Notes: generated from the sequence alone by a model not told the origin. Shown: positions 19,703 through 30,319, counted from the first letter of the stretch. The stretch is 64,000 nt of DNA from an uncultured archaeon (GCA_964473825.1 CAYYQL010000002.1:1-64000); one strand, 5' to 3'. Made by a program: numbers and translations.

Positions 19703-21391
19703 CTACGGGGGTGGGATCTTCGTGATCACAAGGTCTTTCCTCTCAAGCTTCATCTCCCCATCTTCGCCCTTACGAATCACGATGTTATAATAGCCCTTAT
19801 CATTGGGGTCAGCATCAATACGGTAGTGTGCTCCTCGACTGCCTTTTCTCATGAATGCCGCCTCAGCAACCATTCTAGCAGTAGTCACCATATGAGCAAA
19901 CTCAATTGCCTGATGCCACCCGGGATTGAATCTCTTGATGGGTACATCTACTTTGATCTTCGGGACAACTTCCTTCTCGATGCGTTTCAGCTCTTCTACG
20001 GCATATTTGAGGTCTTCTTCGTTCCTGAAGATCTGTACCTTTTCCCACATCAGATTGTTGAGCTCTTCGCGGGCATCAGCAGGTGAAATGCCATCCTTTC
20101 GTTGAAGCATAACTTGAACGCGCTCGAATTCATGTTTAGCCACGTCCCGGTCGAACCCAGAGAGTTTGTGTTCTTTGGCAAACTTGGCTGCTTTCTCACC
20201 TGCTAGAGCACCGAACACCTGCGTGTCAGCAAGTGCATTGCCGCCCAAGCGGTTTCCACCGTGGAGACCACCCATACATTCACCGGCTGAGAAGAGACCG
20301 GGAATGCTGGCTTGTGCATCAGTGTCGATAGCAATTCCTCCCATGAAGTGGTGACAGGTCGGTGACACCTCCATTGGTTCTTCTCTTATGTCAACTCCCG
20401 CATCACCAAATTGTTCAATCATGCTCTCAAGGCGAAACTCTATGATTCGCTTTGGTAAGTGGCAAATGCTGAGATACGCTCCACCGGTAGGCGAACCTCT
20501 GCCTTCAATGACTTCGGTCATAATTGACCTGGCAACTTGGTCGCGGCCAGCGAGTTCCATGACCTGTGGATAGTACTTCTTCATGAACCGTTCACCCTCG
20601 CTATTGAGAAGAATACCGCCCTCTCCACGTACTGCCTCCGTGACAAGCCTTCCTTTGGCTGATTCGGGTCTTGTCATGCCGGTTGGATGGAACTGTATCA
20701 TCTCCATGTCAATCATCTCGCATCCAGCCTCGTAGGCCATAGCATATCCATCACCCACATCGAGCTGAGCATTGCTTGTGACCTTGTAAATCCTGCCTGC
20801 ACCGCCTGTTGCCATCACGACGGCCTTTGCGCGGAAGACGAGATAGTCGCCATACTTCATATCAATGGCTGTGACACCGGCAATTCTGCCGTCTTCAACG
20901 AGCAGTTTGGTAGCAAACATCTCGTCAAATACCCGAACAGAACTCTTTCGTATCGCCTCCACCAGAGTCACCATAATCTCTGAACCCGTCCTATCAGAGG
21001 CATAGGCAGTTCTTCTCCAACTCTGCTTCCCAAACGGTCTCTGAGCAATCTTGCCCTCGGGAGTTCGATCGAAAACCGCACCCATTTCCTCAAGATCATA
21101 GACTCTAGCTGTGGCATTGTCAACGAGAATCTCGACGAGTTCTTGGTTGTTAATGTAGTTGCCACCAACAACCGTGTCTTTGAAGTGAGTTTCGGGGTCG
21201 TCCTTCGGGTCAACATTTCCTAGAGCAACGTTGATTCCACCCTCGGCCATAGAGGTATGCGCCTTGCCGAGGAGCTCTTTGCTTAACATTATGACATCCA
21301 AGTTATGGTTTGAGGCCTCTATTGCAGCCCGACAGCCTGCACCGCCGGCACCCACAACAAGCACGTCACATACAATGGTTTTGTATTCCAA
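19703..21391 (-). CDS. tfrA: thiol:fumarate reductase flavoprotein subunit A
   Basis: GAGGAG, AHTSMAEGG, QFHPTG, EAVRGEGG, HHFMGG, HGGNRLGGNAL, SRGAH. Confidence 0.92.
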   Translation of the reverse strand: MEYKTIVCDVLVVGAGGAGCRAAIEASNHNLDVIMLSKELLGKAHTSMAEGGINVALGNVDPKDDPETHFKDTVVGGNYINNQELVEILVDNATARVYDLEEMGAVFDRTPEGKIAQRPFGKQSWRRTAYASDRTGSEIMVTLVEAIRKSSVRVFDEMFATKLLVEDGRIAGVTAIDMKYGDYLVFRAKAVVMATGGAGRIYKVTSNAQLDVGDGYAMAYEAGCEMIDMEMIQFHPTGMTRPESAKGRLVTEAVRGEGGILLNSEGERFMKKYYPQVMELAGRDQVARSIMTEVIEGRGSPTGGAYLSICHLPKRIIEFRLESMIEQFGDAGVDIREEPMEVSPTCHHFMGGIAIDTDAQASIPGLFSAGECMGGLHGGNRLGGNALADTQVFGALAGEKAAKFAKEHKLSGFDRDVAKHEFERVQVMLQRKDGISPADAREELNNLMWEKVQIFRNEEDLKYAVEELKRIEKEVVPKIKVDVPIKRFNPGWHQAIEFAHMVTTARMVAEAAFMRKGSRGAHYRIDADPNDKGYYNIVIRKGEDGEMKLERKDLVITKIPPP

Positions 21392-21632
21392 ACTGTAGTC
21401 CTCCGATTGAAGACGAACGTTCTGTTTATCGTGATGGCGGACCTCCCTTCCCCTTTATTGTTGTTACTGTTGAGGTGGAAACTGCTTCATGACAAACAGG
21501 GGTCTTGATTGAGAGAAATCTGATTGTTTTGTGCATAAGCTTGCATTGGCGCTAAACTCAGTTTTTTTGGATCTAAACAGCTAACTTCTAAAAGAAAGTA
21601 TTACACATGGTGCTTGTCTGGGAGTGATATGA

Positions 21633-21734
21633 GTGAAGGCCGAGAATCTGTTCCTATTGATGGCGTTTTTCGTTTTGCTCTTCTTTATGATATATGGCAT
21701 CACAATCCCGATTATGAATGCCTTGGGATCCTGA
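21633..21734 (+). CDS. candidate 33-aa single-TM small protein
   Basis: GTG-started MKAENLFLLMAFFVLLFFMIYGITIPIMNALGS with GGAGTGA upstream; below the ORF-track size cutoff. Confidence 0.35.
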   Translation: MKAENLFLLMAFFVLLFFMIYGITIPIMNALGS

Positions 21735-21937
21735 GGGTGCACCAACAGCTACAGAGCACTTGAACAGAGTTGAACATTTCTGCGTAGGAGTTCGTGTCCT
21801 CCAGCCAGTGACCGAGACCCGGTCATTCACATACTATCGCCGACCACGTTTGTCCAACATGCAATGAACGGTCTAGATCAAGAAAGGAGAGGACAGACAG
21901 GATGAAACCTGTCTATCAGTAGTAAGCTTACCTGCTG

Positions 21938-22543
21938 TTATTCGATACCTAACTTGGCATAGATGTCATGTCGTTTTGCCTCGACCTTTTCATCCATCTC
22001 ATCATGTAGACTTCTACCATGAGAGTCCATGGTGACGAGGAGGGGACCGAAATCTTCAGCAGTAATGACCCACAGAGCCTCAGGCATGCCCAAGTCCTGC
22101 CACTCATAAGCTCGGACTTCCTTCAGCCCACGAGAGGCCAGAGCACCACAGCCGCCTGTGAAGCTGCAGTATACAGCGCCCACATCCTTCAGCGCAGCAA
22201 GGGTCTTGGGCCCCATACCGCCTTTGCCTATGATGATTCGTGGTTTATACTTCTTCAGGAACTTGTCTTCAAAGAGCTCCATCCGAATGCTCGTTGTTGG
22301 ACCTGCGGAAACAATGTGCCATTTTCCATCTCTCTGTTGCGCTACAGGCCCGACATGATACACGACACTTCCCTCAAACTCTACAGGGGGCTTCTCACCC
22401 TTCTCATACATTTCAAGAGCGCGTTCATGGGCCTCATCTCGGGCGGTATACACGTGTTCGCCCGTGACATAGACAACATCGCCAGCCTTCAACTTCCTTG
22501 CATCTTCCTCTGAGATTGGTGTAGTTAGATGATACTCTGTCAT
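21938..22543 (-). CDS. Fe-S fumarate hydratase beta subunit
   Basis: YTARDEAHER, AGPTTSIRME, IIGKGGM, DLGMPEA, MDSHGRSL. Confidence 0.93.
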   Translation of the reverse strand: MTEYHLTTPISEEDARKLKAGDVVYVTGEHVYTARDEAHERALEMYEKGEKPPVEFEGSVVYHVGPVAQQRDGKWHIVSAGPTTSIRMELFEDKFLKKYKPRIIIGKGGMGPKTLAALKDVGAVYCSFTGGCGALASRGLKEVRAYEWQDLGMPEALWVITAEDFGPLLVTMDSHGRSLHDEMDEKVEAKRHDIYAKLGIE

Positions 22544-22544
22544 T

Positions 22545-23432
22545 CTACTTTCCCTCCAGTGGGTGTGTGAGATAGTCAACTTGTAGGTCCTTGGAGATCA
22601 CTGCTGTGCTTCGACGCGCCGCCCAGCATTGGACTGCAACACCAACAGGAAGACTAGCAGGATGCCGCATTGCATAGTCAATTTTCACCCCGAGGACTGT
22701 GGTCTTACCCCCTAGCCCCATCGGACCGATACCTGTGGAGTTGAGTGCCTCCTTCAGTTCGTCCTCAATTGCTGCAACCTCTGGTTCAGGATGACTGTCA
22801 GCCAAGGGGCGCATCAGCTGTTGCTTTGCAACCTTGATTGCAATATCTGCCCCGCCACCGATTCCTATACCAATGATATTCGGCGAGCAGGCCTTTCCCA
22901 TGTAGTCCATAGCGTTGTCAATGACTAGTTTCTTCACACCTGCTAGTCCGACGCCTGGCTTCAGCATACCCACTATGGAAACGTTCTCACTGCCTCCGCC
23001 TTTGGGAAATGCAGTAATCTCCAATGTATCGCCTTCAACAATCTCCCAGTTAATCCATGGAATCTTCCTGCCAGTGTTATCACCAGAATTGCCTCCAACA
23101 ATTGGGTTCACTGCGTTTGGTCTCAAAGGGACGCTGATGGTCGCTTCCACTGTTGCCTTCTCCAGTGCTGATTTGATATCACCCAAGAAAGGAAACTCAT
23201 CTCCCACTCGTAAGTAGAAGATGATAATCCCTGTATCTTGGCACATCGGCACACCGGTAGCTGCTATCTCGATGTTCTTGAGAATCGCAGCAAACTGTGT
23301 CTTTGCTGTTTCTTCGGTTTCATCCTCGTATGCTTCTCCCAGAGCATCCTCAATATCCTGAGGCAGCTTTGTGGCAGCCATTCGAAGAAGACGAACCGTT
23401 GTGTCCTGAATTACTTGTGCTGGATCCTTCAT
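22545..23432 (-). CDS. Fe-S fumarate hydratase alpha subunit
   Basis: PMCQDTG, PLRPN, KGGGSEN, GIGPMGLGG, HPASLPV, QCWAAR. Confidence 0.93.
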   Translation of the reverse strand: MKDPAQVIQDTTVRLLRMAATKLPQDIEDALGEAYEDETEETAKTQFAAILKNIEIAATGVPMCQDTGIIIFYLRVGDEFPFLGDIKSALEKATVEATISVPLRPNAVNPIVGGNSGDNTGRKIPWINWEIVEGDTLEITAFPKGGGSENVSIVGMLKPGVGLAGVKKLVIDNAMDYMGKACSPNIIGIGIGGGADIAIKVAKQQLMRPLADSHPEPEVAAIEDELKEALNSTGIGPMGLGGKTTVLGVKIDYAMRHPASLPVGVAVQCWAARRSTAVISKDLQVDYLTHPLEGK

Positions 23433-23619
23433 CCTGTAATCATCTTCTGAGTTCTCTGTTTGAGAGGCCCAAGGGGCCCCTGTCCATATGACATAAATCT
23501 GACGGCTATTTAATCTGTGTTACTATATGCGGTAACTCTGATAGCTGAACTAGGCAAATATATGGAGAGGGAACAATACCGGAGTGTGCTCCAATTAACC
23601 ATGCACTGAGTTGAACTGA

Positions 23620-24123
23620 ATGATGGAATCTTCGCACGCCACAATAGTCGTGTTCATTGAGTGTGTAGTTGTACTTACATGGTTCAGTCATGTAGACATT
23701 TCAACCAGGAGAATTCCAAACCGGCAGACAATTGTGGCTCTCGTTCTCGCTTCTCTCACAATCATTGCTTCGGGACATTTGTTCGACCATCTGATACTAC
23801 ATGCATCGGCAGTTGGATTCACGGGATTCATGGTCTGTGTGTTGTATCAATTGGGTTCAATAGGCGGGGGGGATGCGAAACTGCTTCTTATTGTGGTCTT
23901 CCTAAGCCCAGGTGTAATCTTTGTATCAGGTATGAATCCAGTGTTCGAGGGAGTAATCGCCTCAGGGCTTCTCATCTTTGGCATGCTACTACTCGGATGG
24001 GTCTATTCGAGAATATGTGAGAAGAAGGATGCCTCATGTCTGAGGGCAATGACCCCTCTGATACCTTTTCTCACCCTGAGTTATATTATGCTACAGACAA
24101 TTGCAATAGTGCTCCGGACCTGA
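23620..24123 (+). CDS. A24-family prepilin peptidase
   Basis: DISTRRIPN and GGGDAKL aspartyl motifs, P-L-I-P-F tail, multiple TM segments. Confidence 0.75.
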   Translation: MMESSHATIVVFIECVVVLTWFSHVDISTRRIPNRQTIVALVLASLTIIASGHLFDHLILHASAVGFTGFMVCVLYQLGSIGGGDAKLLLIVVFLSPGVIFVSGMNPVFEGVIASGLLIFGMLLLGWVYSRICEKKDASCLRAMTPLIPFLTLSYIMLQTIAIVLRT

Positions 24124-24256
24124 TGCCTCAAACAATCTTGGTGGCTTTCAATCCGATTGAAGAGATGACAGTCTATGTCATGAAGTGTAGATATCAGTGA
24201 AAGACGTGGGGCTTCTTGAACAACGACCAGACATCTATTCAAGAGAACTGATAGTT

Positions 24257-24661
24257 CTACAATATGAGATTCTCTAGAAGGGGAAGCATTTGTCCCTCAA
24301 AGGCGCTGGGGGGGACAAAGAATCCGTAGAGCAGTGACCAGAGAAGTACCCACAGAAGCAAGTAAGATGGGAGTGTCTTGACAATCAGTTTCTGTCGCCC
24401 ACCAATCTCTTCCGGGTCGATTTCAAGCAGATAGACGATAACGAAGAGGGAGAGAACATAGATCAAAAGACCGAGCCACAGGCCCCTGACTCCTGCAAAA
24501 GCTTGACCTCCAAAGGCACAGGCAATACCACTTACGAATGCGAAGAATATCTTGACATAGTAATCTTGATTGTCAGGGTCGCCTTCCCATCTGCCGAACA
24601 TGGTCTTGAAGAGATTCTTTAGCGGCTCCACATGGTACACCTCAGAGTATGAGGTCGTCAA
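24257..24661 (-). CDS. EMC6/Rab5ip-like 3-TM membrane protein
   Basis: YYVKIFFAFVSGIACA...GLWLGLLIY...SYLLLWVLLWSLLYG resembles EMC6 (Y.R...SG...G...TYVLFWTFLYG). Confidence 0.65.
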   Translation of the reverse strand: MTTSYSEVYHVEPLKNLFKTMFGRWEGDPDNQDYYVKIFFAFVSGIACAFGGQAFAGVRGLWLGLLIYVLSLFVIVYLLEIDPEEIGGRQKLIVKTLPSYLLLWVLLWSLLYGFFVPPSAFEGQMLPLLENLIL

Positions 24662-24702
24662 TCGACTATGTTATAAAATCCTCGGTTCGATGAAGAATCG
24701 AA

Positions 24703-26709
24703 ATGAAGGACGCAATGAGCAACGTAGATATCAGAATCATGATGCAAGAGATACAAGAAGTATCTGAAGGCGGATTCATCAAGAATGTATACCAATATGG
24801 AGATGTATTTGTCCTCAAGGTGTATCAGCCAGGCGAGGGAACATCTCAGCTGCTCATCGAGCCCGGGCACAGGATTCATGTGACTGACTACAGACGTGTT
24901 GCTCCCCGACTACCTCGCAAGTTCGTTAGCGTCCTTCGGAAGTATCTCCGGGATAGACGAATCATATCCGTGAACCAATATGAGATGGACAGGATTGTTG
25001 TCATCGAGGTGGGGGACGAAGAGAGCTCACATAAGTTGGTGGCAGAGCTATTTGGTAGAGGGAATCTACTTCTACTAGACAATGAAGATGTGATATTCAT
25101 TGCACTTCACTACAAGAGAATGCGCGACAGGGATGTTATCCCCAAGGAAGTATACGAGTTCCCTCCACAGCGAGGAGCGAATATTTTCAATCTGGACGAT
25201 GATGTAGTCGGGAGTATCATAACCGACTCGGAGGCTAGTGTCATAAGATCCCTGACAAGACAGTTGAACCTTGATTCTCTGAGCTGTGAAGAGATCTGCA
25301 GATTGGCAGAGATAGAACCCGGTTCCAAAGTGAGTGATATTGATCAAGACTCACTGAGAGCCCTGAACGACGGGATTGAAGAATTCAGGCTAAAGATAAA
25401 GAAAGGAGTAGACGACCCAAGAGTGGTCTACGATAAAGAGGACGAATCCGAGTCGGTGGCATTTGTCCCCTTCAAATTCGAAATCTTCAAGGACCATCCC
25501 CAGACAACTTTTGATAGCTTCAGCCAGGTTTTGGATGAGTACTATGGGGTCACTGAGGAAGAGATAGATCAGGAAACACCAGATACCGCAGCTTTGGAGA
25601 GGGAACAAGAACGGCTCAAGACAATAATTGAAAAACAACAAGAGAATGTTGACAGTCTTCTTCTCAGAGCGGAAAAACTGCGGAATGCAGGAGAGATGAT
25701 ATACACACACTTTCAGATTGTGACAGATATTCTTGAAACGATTAGGCAAGCACGGTCGGAGGGTGTTTCTTGGGAGGAGATAGAATGCACGATAGAAGAG
25801 GGAAGGGAGCAAGGAAATAAGATTGCTCAGAGAATTGTGAATCTCTATCCGTCTCAAGGGGAAGTTGTAGTGAACCTGCAAGGCGAAGATATTGTATTGG
25901 ATATCCGAAAGACTCCGCAGGAGAACGCGGCACAAGCATATGAGGGAGCTAAGAAAGCAGAGCATAAGGCGGAGGGGGCCAAGAAGCAGATCAAGAAGAC
26001 AAGAGAGAAGCTCTCTGAATTGGATCTCACTGACATTGAAGATACGAAAGAGCCGGTCCCCATCAAGATTAGGAATAAACGCTGGTATGAAAAATATCGA
26101 TGGTTCATTTCATCAGAAGACTACCTTGTCATAGGAGGAAGAGATGCTCGGACGAATGAGAGAATCGCTAAGAAGCACATGGGGCCAAGCGACGTGTTTC
26201 TACATGCTGCTGTACACGGAGCGCCATATACGGTGATTAAGGTGCCCGACAAACCTCCGGGAGAACAGACGCTGTGGGAAGCAGCTCAGTTTGCCGTCAC
26301 ATTCTCAAGAGCATGGCAAGATGGCCTGACGGCAGGAGACGCCTACTGGGTGGATCCGGAACAGGTCAGTTTCACTCCCCCCTCTGGAGAATATCTCCCA
26401 TCCGGAGCAGTTATGATTTATGGAAACAAGAATTTCATCAAGAATGTCCCAGTGGAGCTTCGGGTGGGAGTCCTGCTCGAAGAAGAGTATGCGATTCCGT
26501 TCTCTGGACCGCCCTCAGCTGTGGAAACGAACACGAAATATCATGTGAGAGTAATCCCTGGAGGGGACAAGAAAGGACAACTGGTTAAAGACATCTTGAA
26601 TGCCCTTGAATCAATGGTCCCCGATGAAAGAGCACATCTTGTCTCGCGCATTCCTGAAGAGGAGATGATGAGAGTGCTTCCTCCGGGTGAAGGAGTATTA
26701 AAACGATAG
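24703..26709 (+). CDS. rqcH: ribosome rescue protein RqcH/NEMF (archaeal Rqc2)
   Basis: MSNVDI, VLRKYL, ELFGRGNL, WYEKYRWF, GGRDARTNE, SGEYLPSGA. Confidence 0.93.
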   Translation: MKDAMSNVDIRIMMQEIQEVSEGGFIKNVYQYGDVFVLKVYQPGEGTSQLLIEPGHRIHVTDYRRVAPRLPRKFVSVLRKYLRDRRIISVNQYEMDRIVVIEVGDEESSHKLVAELFGRGNLLLLDNEDVIFIALHYKRMRDRDVIPKEVYEFPPQRGANIFNLDDDVVGSIITDSEASVIRSLTRQLNLDSLSCEEICRLAEIEPGSKVSDIDQDSLRALNDGIEEFRLKIKKGVDDPRVVYDKEDESESVAFVPFKFEIFKDHPQTTFDSFSQVLDEYYGVTEEEIDQETPDTAALEREQERLKTIIEKQQENVDSLLLRAEKLRNAGEMIYTHFQIVTDILETIRQARSEGVSWEEIECTIEEGREQGNKIAQRIVNLYPSQGEVVVNLQGEDIVLDIRKTPQENAAQAYEGAKKAEHKAEGAKKQIKKTREKLSELDLTDIEDTKEPVPIKIRNKRWYEKYRWFISSEDYLVIGGRDARTNERIAKKHMGPSDVFLHAAVHGAPYTVIKVPDKPPGEQTLWEAAQFAVTFSRAWQDGLTAGDAYWVDPEQVSFTPPSGEYLPSGAVMIYGNKNFIKNVPVELRVGVLLEEEYAIPFSGPPSAVETNTKYHVRVIPGGDKKGQLVKDILNALESMVPDERAHLVSRIPEEEMMRVLPPGEGVLKR

Positions 26710-26832
26710 AGAGGTCATCGACGGGACGGTTAGACAAACTTTTTAATCAAACAAACTCGCACTCTTCCGTGATGCCCAGACACACTTGTGGGCACCAACT
26801 GCCAAGTCCCTGAGTAGATTGAGGTCAATAAG

Positions 26833-27396
26833 ATGGCAAATCCAGCACAGCATAGCATGTCGGTGCGCGATATCATGACTCATGATGTCGTCACAATGGC
26901 GCCAACCGCAACTGTATTTGAAGTAGCAAAAGCAATGACCGATATGGACATTGGCTCCATAGTAATTGCTGAAGGAGAGCGACCCCTAGGAATAATCAGT
27001 GAGACAGACCTCATCAGGCGAGTGATTGCTAGGGAAGTAGACCCCAAAACGACGGCTGCACGGGAAATAATGTCAGCACCATTGATTCATATAACACCAG
27101 CAACGGGTCTGACAGAGGCTATGCGTGTGATGGCAAGAAGCGGAATCAGACGACTCATAGTCCTGAAGAACCACTCTCTGGCCGGCATTTTGACCTCTCG
27201 TGACATCTTGCAGTGGTCACCTGAGTTAATTGATATCCTTGTCGAGTCACTGAGAGTACGAGGAGAACCCACAAGACGCGAAGTGGATGAAGATGAATTA
27301 GTGGCCTATGGCGGAATATGTGACAGTTGTGGAGAATACTCTACTGATCTTGCAATGCAAGATGGACGTTATCTGTGTGAGAGTTGTCGTAGTTAG
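26833..27396 (+). CDS. CBS-pair protein with C-terminal Zn ribbon
   Basis: VRDIMT, GIISETDL, GILTSRDI; CDSC...CESC. Confidence 0.88.
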   Translation: MANPAQHSMSVRDIMTHDVVTMAPTATVFEVAKAMTDMDIGSIVIAEGERPLGIISETDLIRRVIAREVDPKTTAAREIMSAPLIHITPATGLTEAMRVMARSGIRRLIVLKNHSLAGILTSRDILQWSPELIDILVESLRVRGEPTRREVDEDELVAYGGICDSCGEYSTDLAMQDGRYLCESCRS

Positions 27397-27458
27397 TTAA
27401 GAGGGATTATCGGTTCAAATCATCCTTAGTCGTAAGCATCATTTCGGAGGTACATTAA

Positions 27459-28277
27459 TTGGAAGTCAGCCAGATAATGAGTGAGCCAGTAACAATTGAC
27501 AAGGACCAGCGATTATCTCATGCTCTGGATCTGCTGGATAAGAAAGGTGTTGATAGACTCGTCGTCATTGACGACAAGGAAGTGACAGGAATACTCACTT
27601 ATGCCGATATCGCAGACAGGCTTGGTGTGAGCAAAGTAGTAGCAGTGTCAATAGGAAGACTCCATGTATCAAGTGCTATGTCTGATACTGTCATCAATGT
27701 GAAACCGGAGCACGATGTCACAGATGTTGCCAATCTCATGATTGAGAGAGGTATGAGTGGATGCCCGGTAGTTGATGATGACGGAACCCTTGTTGGAGTC
27801 ATTACCAAGACGCAGCTTGCCGATCTTATGAAGAAGTTCACTGATGTCAAAGTGAAGGCCCTTATGACGTCAGAAGACCTCTTGGTTGTGAATCCGGTTG
27901 ACCGCCTCATCAAGGCTAGAAGTGACATGTTGACCGCAGGATACTCCGGATTGCCTGTGACCGATGGAAAGCGGGTCCTTGGCCTTCTGACTCAGAAAAT
28001 GGTAGCAGAAGCAATGGCTCGGTTCAGCGTCGAAGTCCCCGATAAGCATCGTGCAAATCAGGTAAGGCTTCTGAGAGTTGTAGACGCTATGGCTCAGCAG
28101 CCCCCGATGACCGGGCCGGAGGATTCGATTGCAGAAGCAGCCACTGTTATGCTTGACAACGGCCTGAATACCCTTCCGGTGGTAGAAGAGGGGAATGCGA
28201 TTGTAGGAGTAATCAGCACTACAGATTTCACACGATTTGTGGCCAACAAATTCAAGATACCTGCCAACAAAGAGTAG
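27459..28277 (+). CDS. four-CBS-domain protein
   Basis: repeated PVV..G...GVIT/S motifs. Confidence 0.88.
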   Translation: MEVSQIMSEPVTIDKDQRLSHALDLLDKKGVDRLVVIDDKEVTGILTYADIADRLGVSKVVAVSIGRLHVSSAMSDTVINVKPEHDVTDVANLMIERGMSGCPVVDDDGTLVGVITKTQLADLMKKFTDVKVKALMTSEDLLVVNPVDRLIKARSDMLTAGYSGLPVTDGKRVLGLLTQKMVAEAMARFSVEVPDKHRANQVRLLRVVDAMAQQPPMTGPEDSIAEAATVMLDNGLNTLPVVEEGNAIVGVISTTDFTRFVANKFKIPANKE

Positions 28278-28319
28278 AACAATTAAGAGGGGTTGCCTGT
28301 AGTACACTTGTGATGTTGC

Positions 28320-29633
28320 ATGCCAGTTGAACTCCTTCTGAAGGATGGCAGGGTCATTATTGATGGTAAGGAAGAAGTGCGTTCTGTTGGCGTGAAATAC
28401 GGAAAGATAGAGGGGGTATACCGTTCAGGACAAGAGCCTCTCGCTGACAGAGTTATCGAGTGTGCAGGACTCTACGTTCTTCCTGGTATGATTGACATAC
28501 ACGTACACCTTCGTGGTTTGGAGCAAGTGCAACAAGAAGACTATCGTACCGGCACGATGGCTGCCGCTGCAGGAGGTGTAACTACTGTCGTTGATATGCC
28601 AAATTCCAGACCGCCTGTCCTCGATAGGGGCGTTCTTGATAGGAAGATAGCAGACGCGGTCTCGAACAGATATGTGAATGTGGGATTCTATGCAGGCATA
28701 CCAAAGACTGTGGAAGATTTTGATGCAAGACTAGTCCCAGATATTCTTGGCCTGAAAGTCTACCCCCACTCGCCCCTCACGCAGGGCACTGAGTATACAA
28801 GAGAACGAATAGAGAGCTGTGTGTCACTTGCGAAACAACATGGGCTGCCCCTCATGTTTCACCCCGATTCTTCAAGTGAGAGGACGCCCATCTCCAGTAT
28901 CCAAGACCATTTCATGGTACACAGCTGTGATAGCGAGTACAAATCGGTGAGTATGTTCATAGAGGCAAAGGAGAGGGTGGAGGGGCGCATTCACGTGTGC
29001 CATGTGAGTTGCGCTAGTGCTGCCCGATTGGTTGCCCAGAGTCGTGCTGAGGACTCGCTGACCGCAGAAGTCACTCCTCATCATCTGCTTCTCTCAAGCG
29101 ACCAGTTTCCCGTGGAGGATGGAGTGGCTAAGATGCTTCCGCCCTTACGATCACCCTATGACTGTCAGACTCTCAGGCAAATGCTATGCAATAAATGTGC
29201 AATCGATTGTGTGGCATCCGACCATGCACCACATGCCGCAGAGGACAAGAAAACCGACTACTTGAGAGCTGCAGCTGGAATTCCAGGTCTTGAAACGTCT
29301 GTTCCTCTACTCCTGACCCAAGTATTCGATGGAATGCTTACATGGGTTGACTATCTACGTATTTCTTGCTCGGCCCCAGCTGACATACTTGGCCTGTCAG
29401 GAAAGGGGGTTCTCGCAGAAGGATTTGATGCAGATATTATAGTAGTATCAAAGGAGGAATACAAGATTCGAGGAGAGAGATTCTTTTCAAAGGCCAAGAT
29501 GACACCCTTTGAAGGCTATCGCGTGCTAGCTCGTCCAGTCATCACAATCGTGGGAGGAGAAACTGTCTACAGTCATGGCAAGTTTGTCACGGGAGTAGGA
29601 TTGGCGGGAAGAGTCCCGTTGCGAAAACGTTAA
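28320..29633 (+). CDS. pyrC: dihydroorotase
   Basis: PGMIDIHVHLR, GGVTTVVDMPN, EVTPHHL, PPLR, ASDHAPH. Confidence 0.88.
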   Translation: MPVELLLKDGRVIIDGKEEVRSVGVKYGKIEGVYRSGQEPLADRVIECAGLYVLPGMIDIHVHLRGLEQVQQEDYRTGTMAAAAGGVTTVVDMPNSRPPVLDRGVLDRKIADAVSNRYVNVGFYAGIPKTVEDFDARLVPDILGLKVYPHSPLTQGTEYTRERIESCVSLAKQHGLPLMFHPDSSSERTPISSIQDHFMVHSCDSEYKSVSMFIEAKERVEGRIHVCHVSCASAARLVAQSRAEDSLTAEVTPHHLLLSSDQFPVEDGVAKMLPPLRSPYDCQTLRQMLCNKCAIDCVASDHAPHAAEDKKTDYLRAAAGIPGLETSVPLLLTQVFDGMLTWVDYLRISCSAPADILGLSGKGVLAEGFDADIIVVSKEEYKIRGERFFSKAKMTPFEGYRVLARPVITIVGGETVYSHGKFVTGVGLAGRVPLRKR

Positions 29634-29677
29634 CGGCAACCGTTTGTCACTCTGATGATGCAGCAGGTGAAACACAG

Positions 29678-30313
29678 TTGGAACATGCATATGAAATCGA
29701 GGACGGAAGATTTCTGATAGGAGTAGCACGAGATGCAATAATGGAGTATGTAAAGGACGGGACTCAAATCGCGATTCCCGAGGAAACTCCCAGTCATCTT
29801 CAGGTCAAATCTGGTGTTTTTGTCACTCTGAACAAGGTACTGGAAAACCAGACTGTGCTACGAGGGTGCATTGGAAGACCTTATCCCACCCAGCCGCTAA
29901 TACAGGCTACGATTGAGTCGGCAATAGATGCTGCGGTAAACGACCCACGATTCCCTTCGGTCACAAAAGAGGAACTGGATTTGATTGCTGTTGATTTGAG
30001 CGTTCTGACTCCTCCAGAAAAGATTGAGTACAGTAATCCGAAAGATCTATTGGAGAAGGTCAGAGTTGGTCGGGATGGCCTCATTGCTGCCAGAGGAGCT
30101 TGGCGGGGACTTCTTCTCCCACAAGTCCCGCTGGAATGGGGATGGGATGTGAAGGAGTTCTTGGAACACACCTGCAATAAGGCCGGTCTTCCCAGAAGTG
30201 CCTGGATGGACCTCGAAACAGAGTTTTATGCATTCCAAGCTGACGTGTTTGGCGAGAGAGAGCCAAAAGGCAAAGTGGTTAGAAACCCCAAGGGAGAAGT
30301 CTGCAGGAGTTAG
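29678..30313 (+). CDS. AMMECR1 domain protein
   Basis: GVFVTL, LRGCIG, DPRFP, GLLLPQV, CNKAGL. Confidence 0.92.
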   Translation: MEHAYEIEDGRFLIGVARDAIMEYVKDGTQIAIPEETPSHLQVKSGVFVTLNKVLENQTVLRGCIGRPYPTQPLIQATIESAIDAAVNDPRFPSVTKEELDLIAVDLSVLTPPEKIEYSNPKDLLEKVRVGRDGLIAARGAWRGLLLPQVPLEWGWDVKEFLEHTCNKAGLPRSAWMDLETEFYAFQADVFGEREPKGKVVRNPKGEVCRS

Positions 30314-30319
30314 GAAGAG

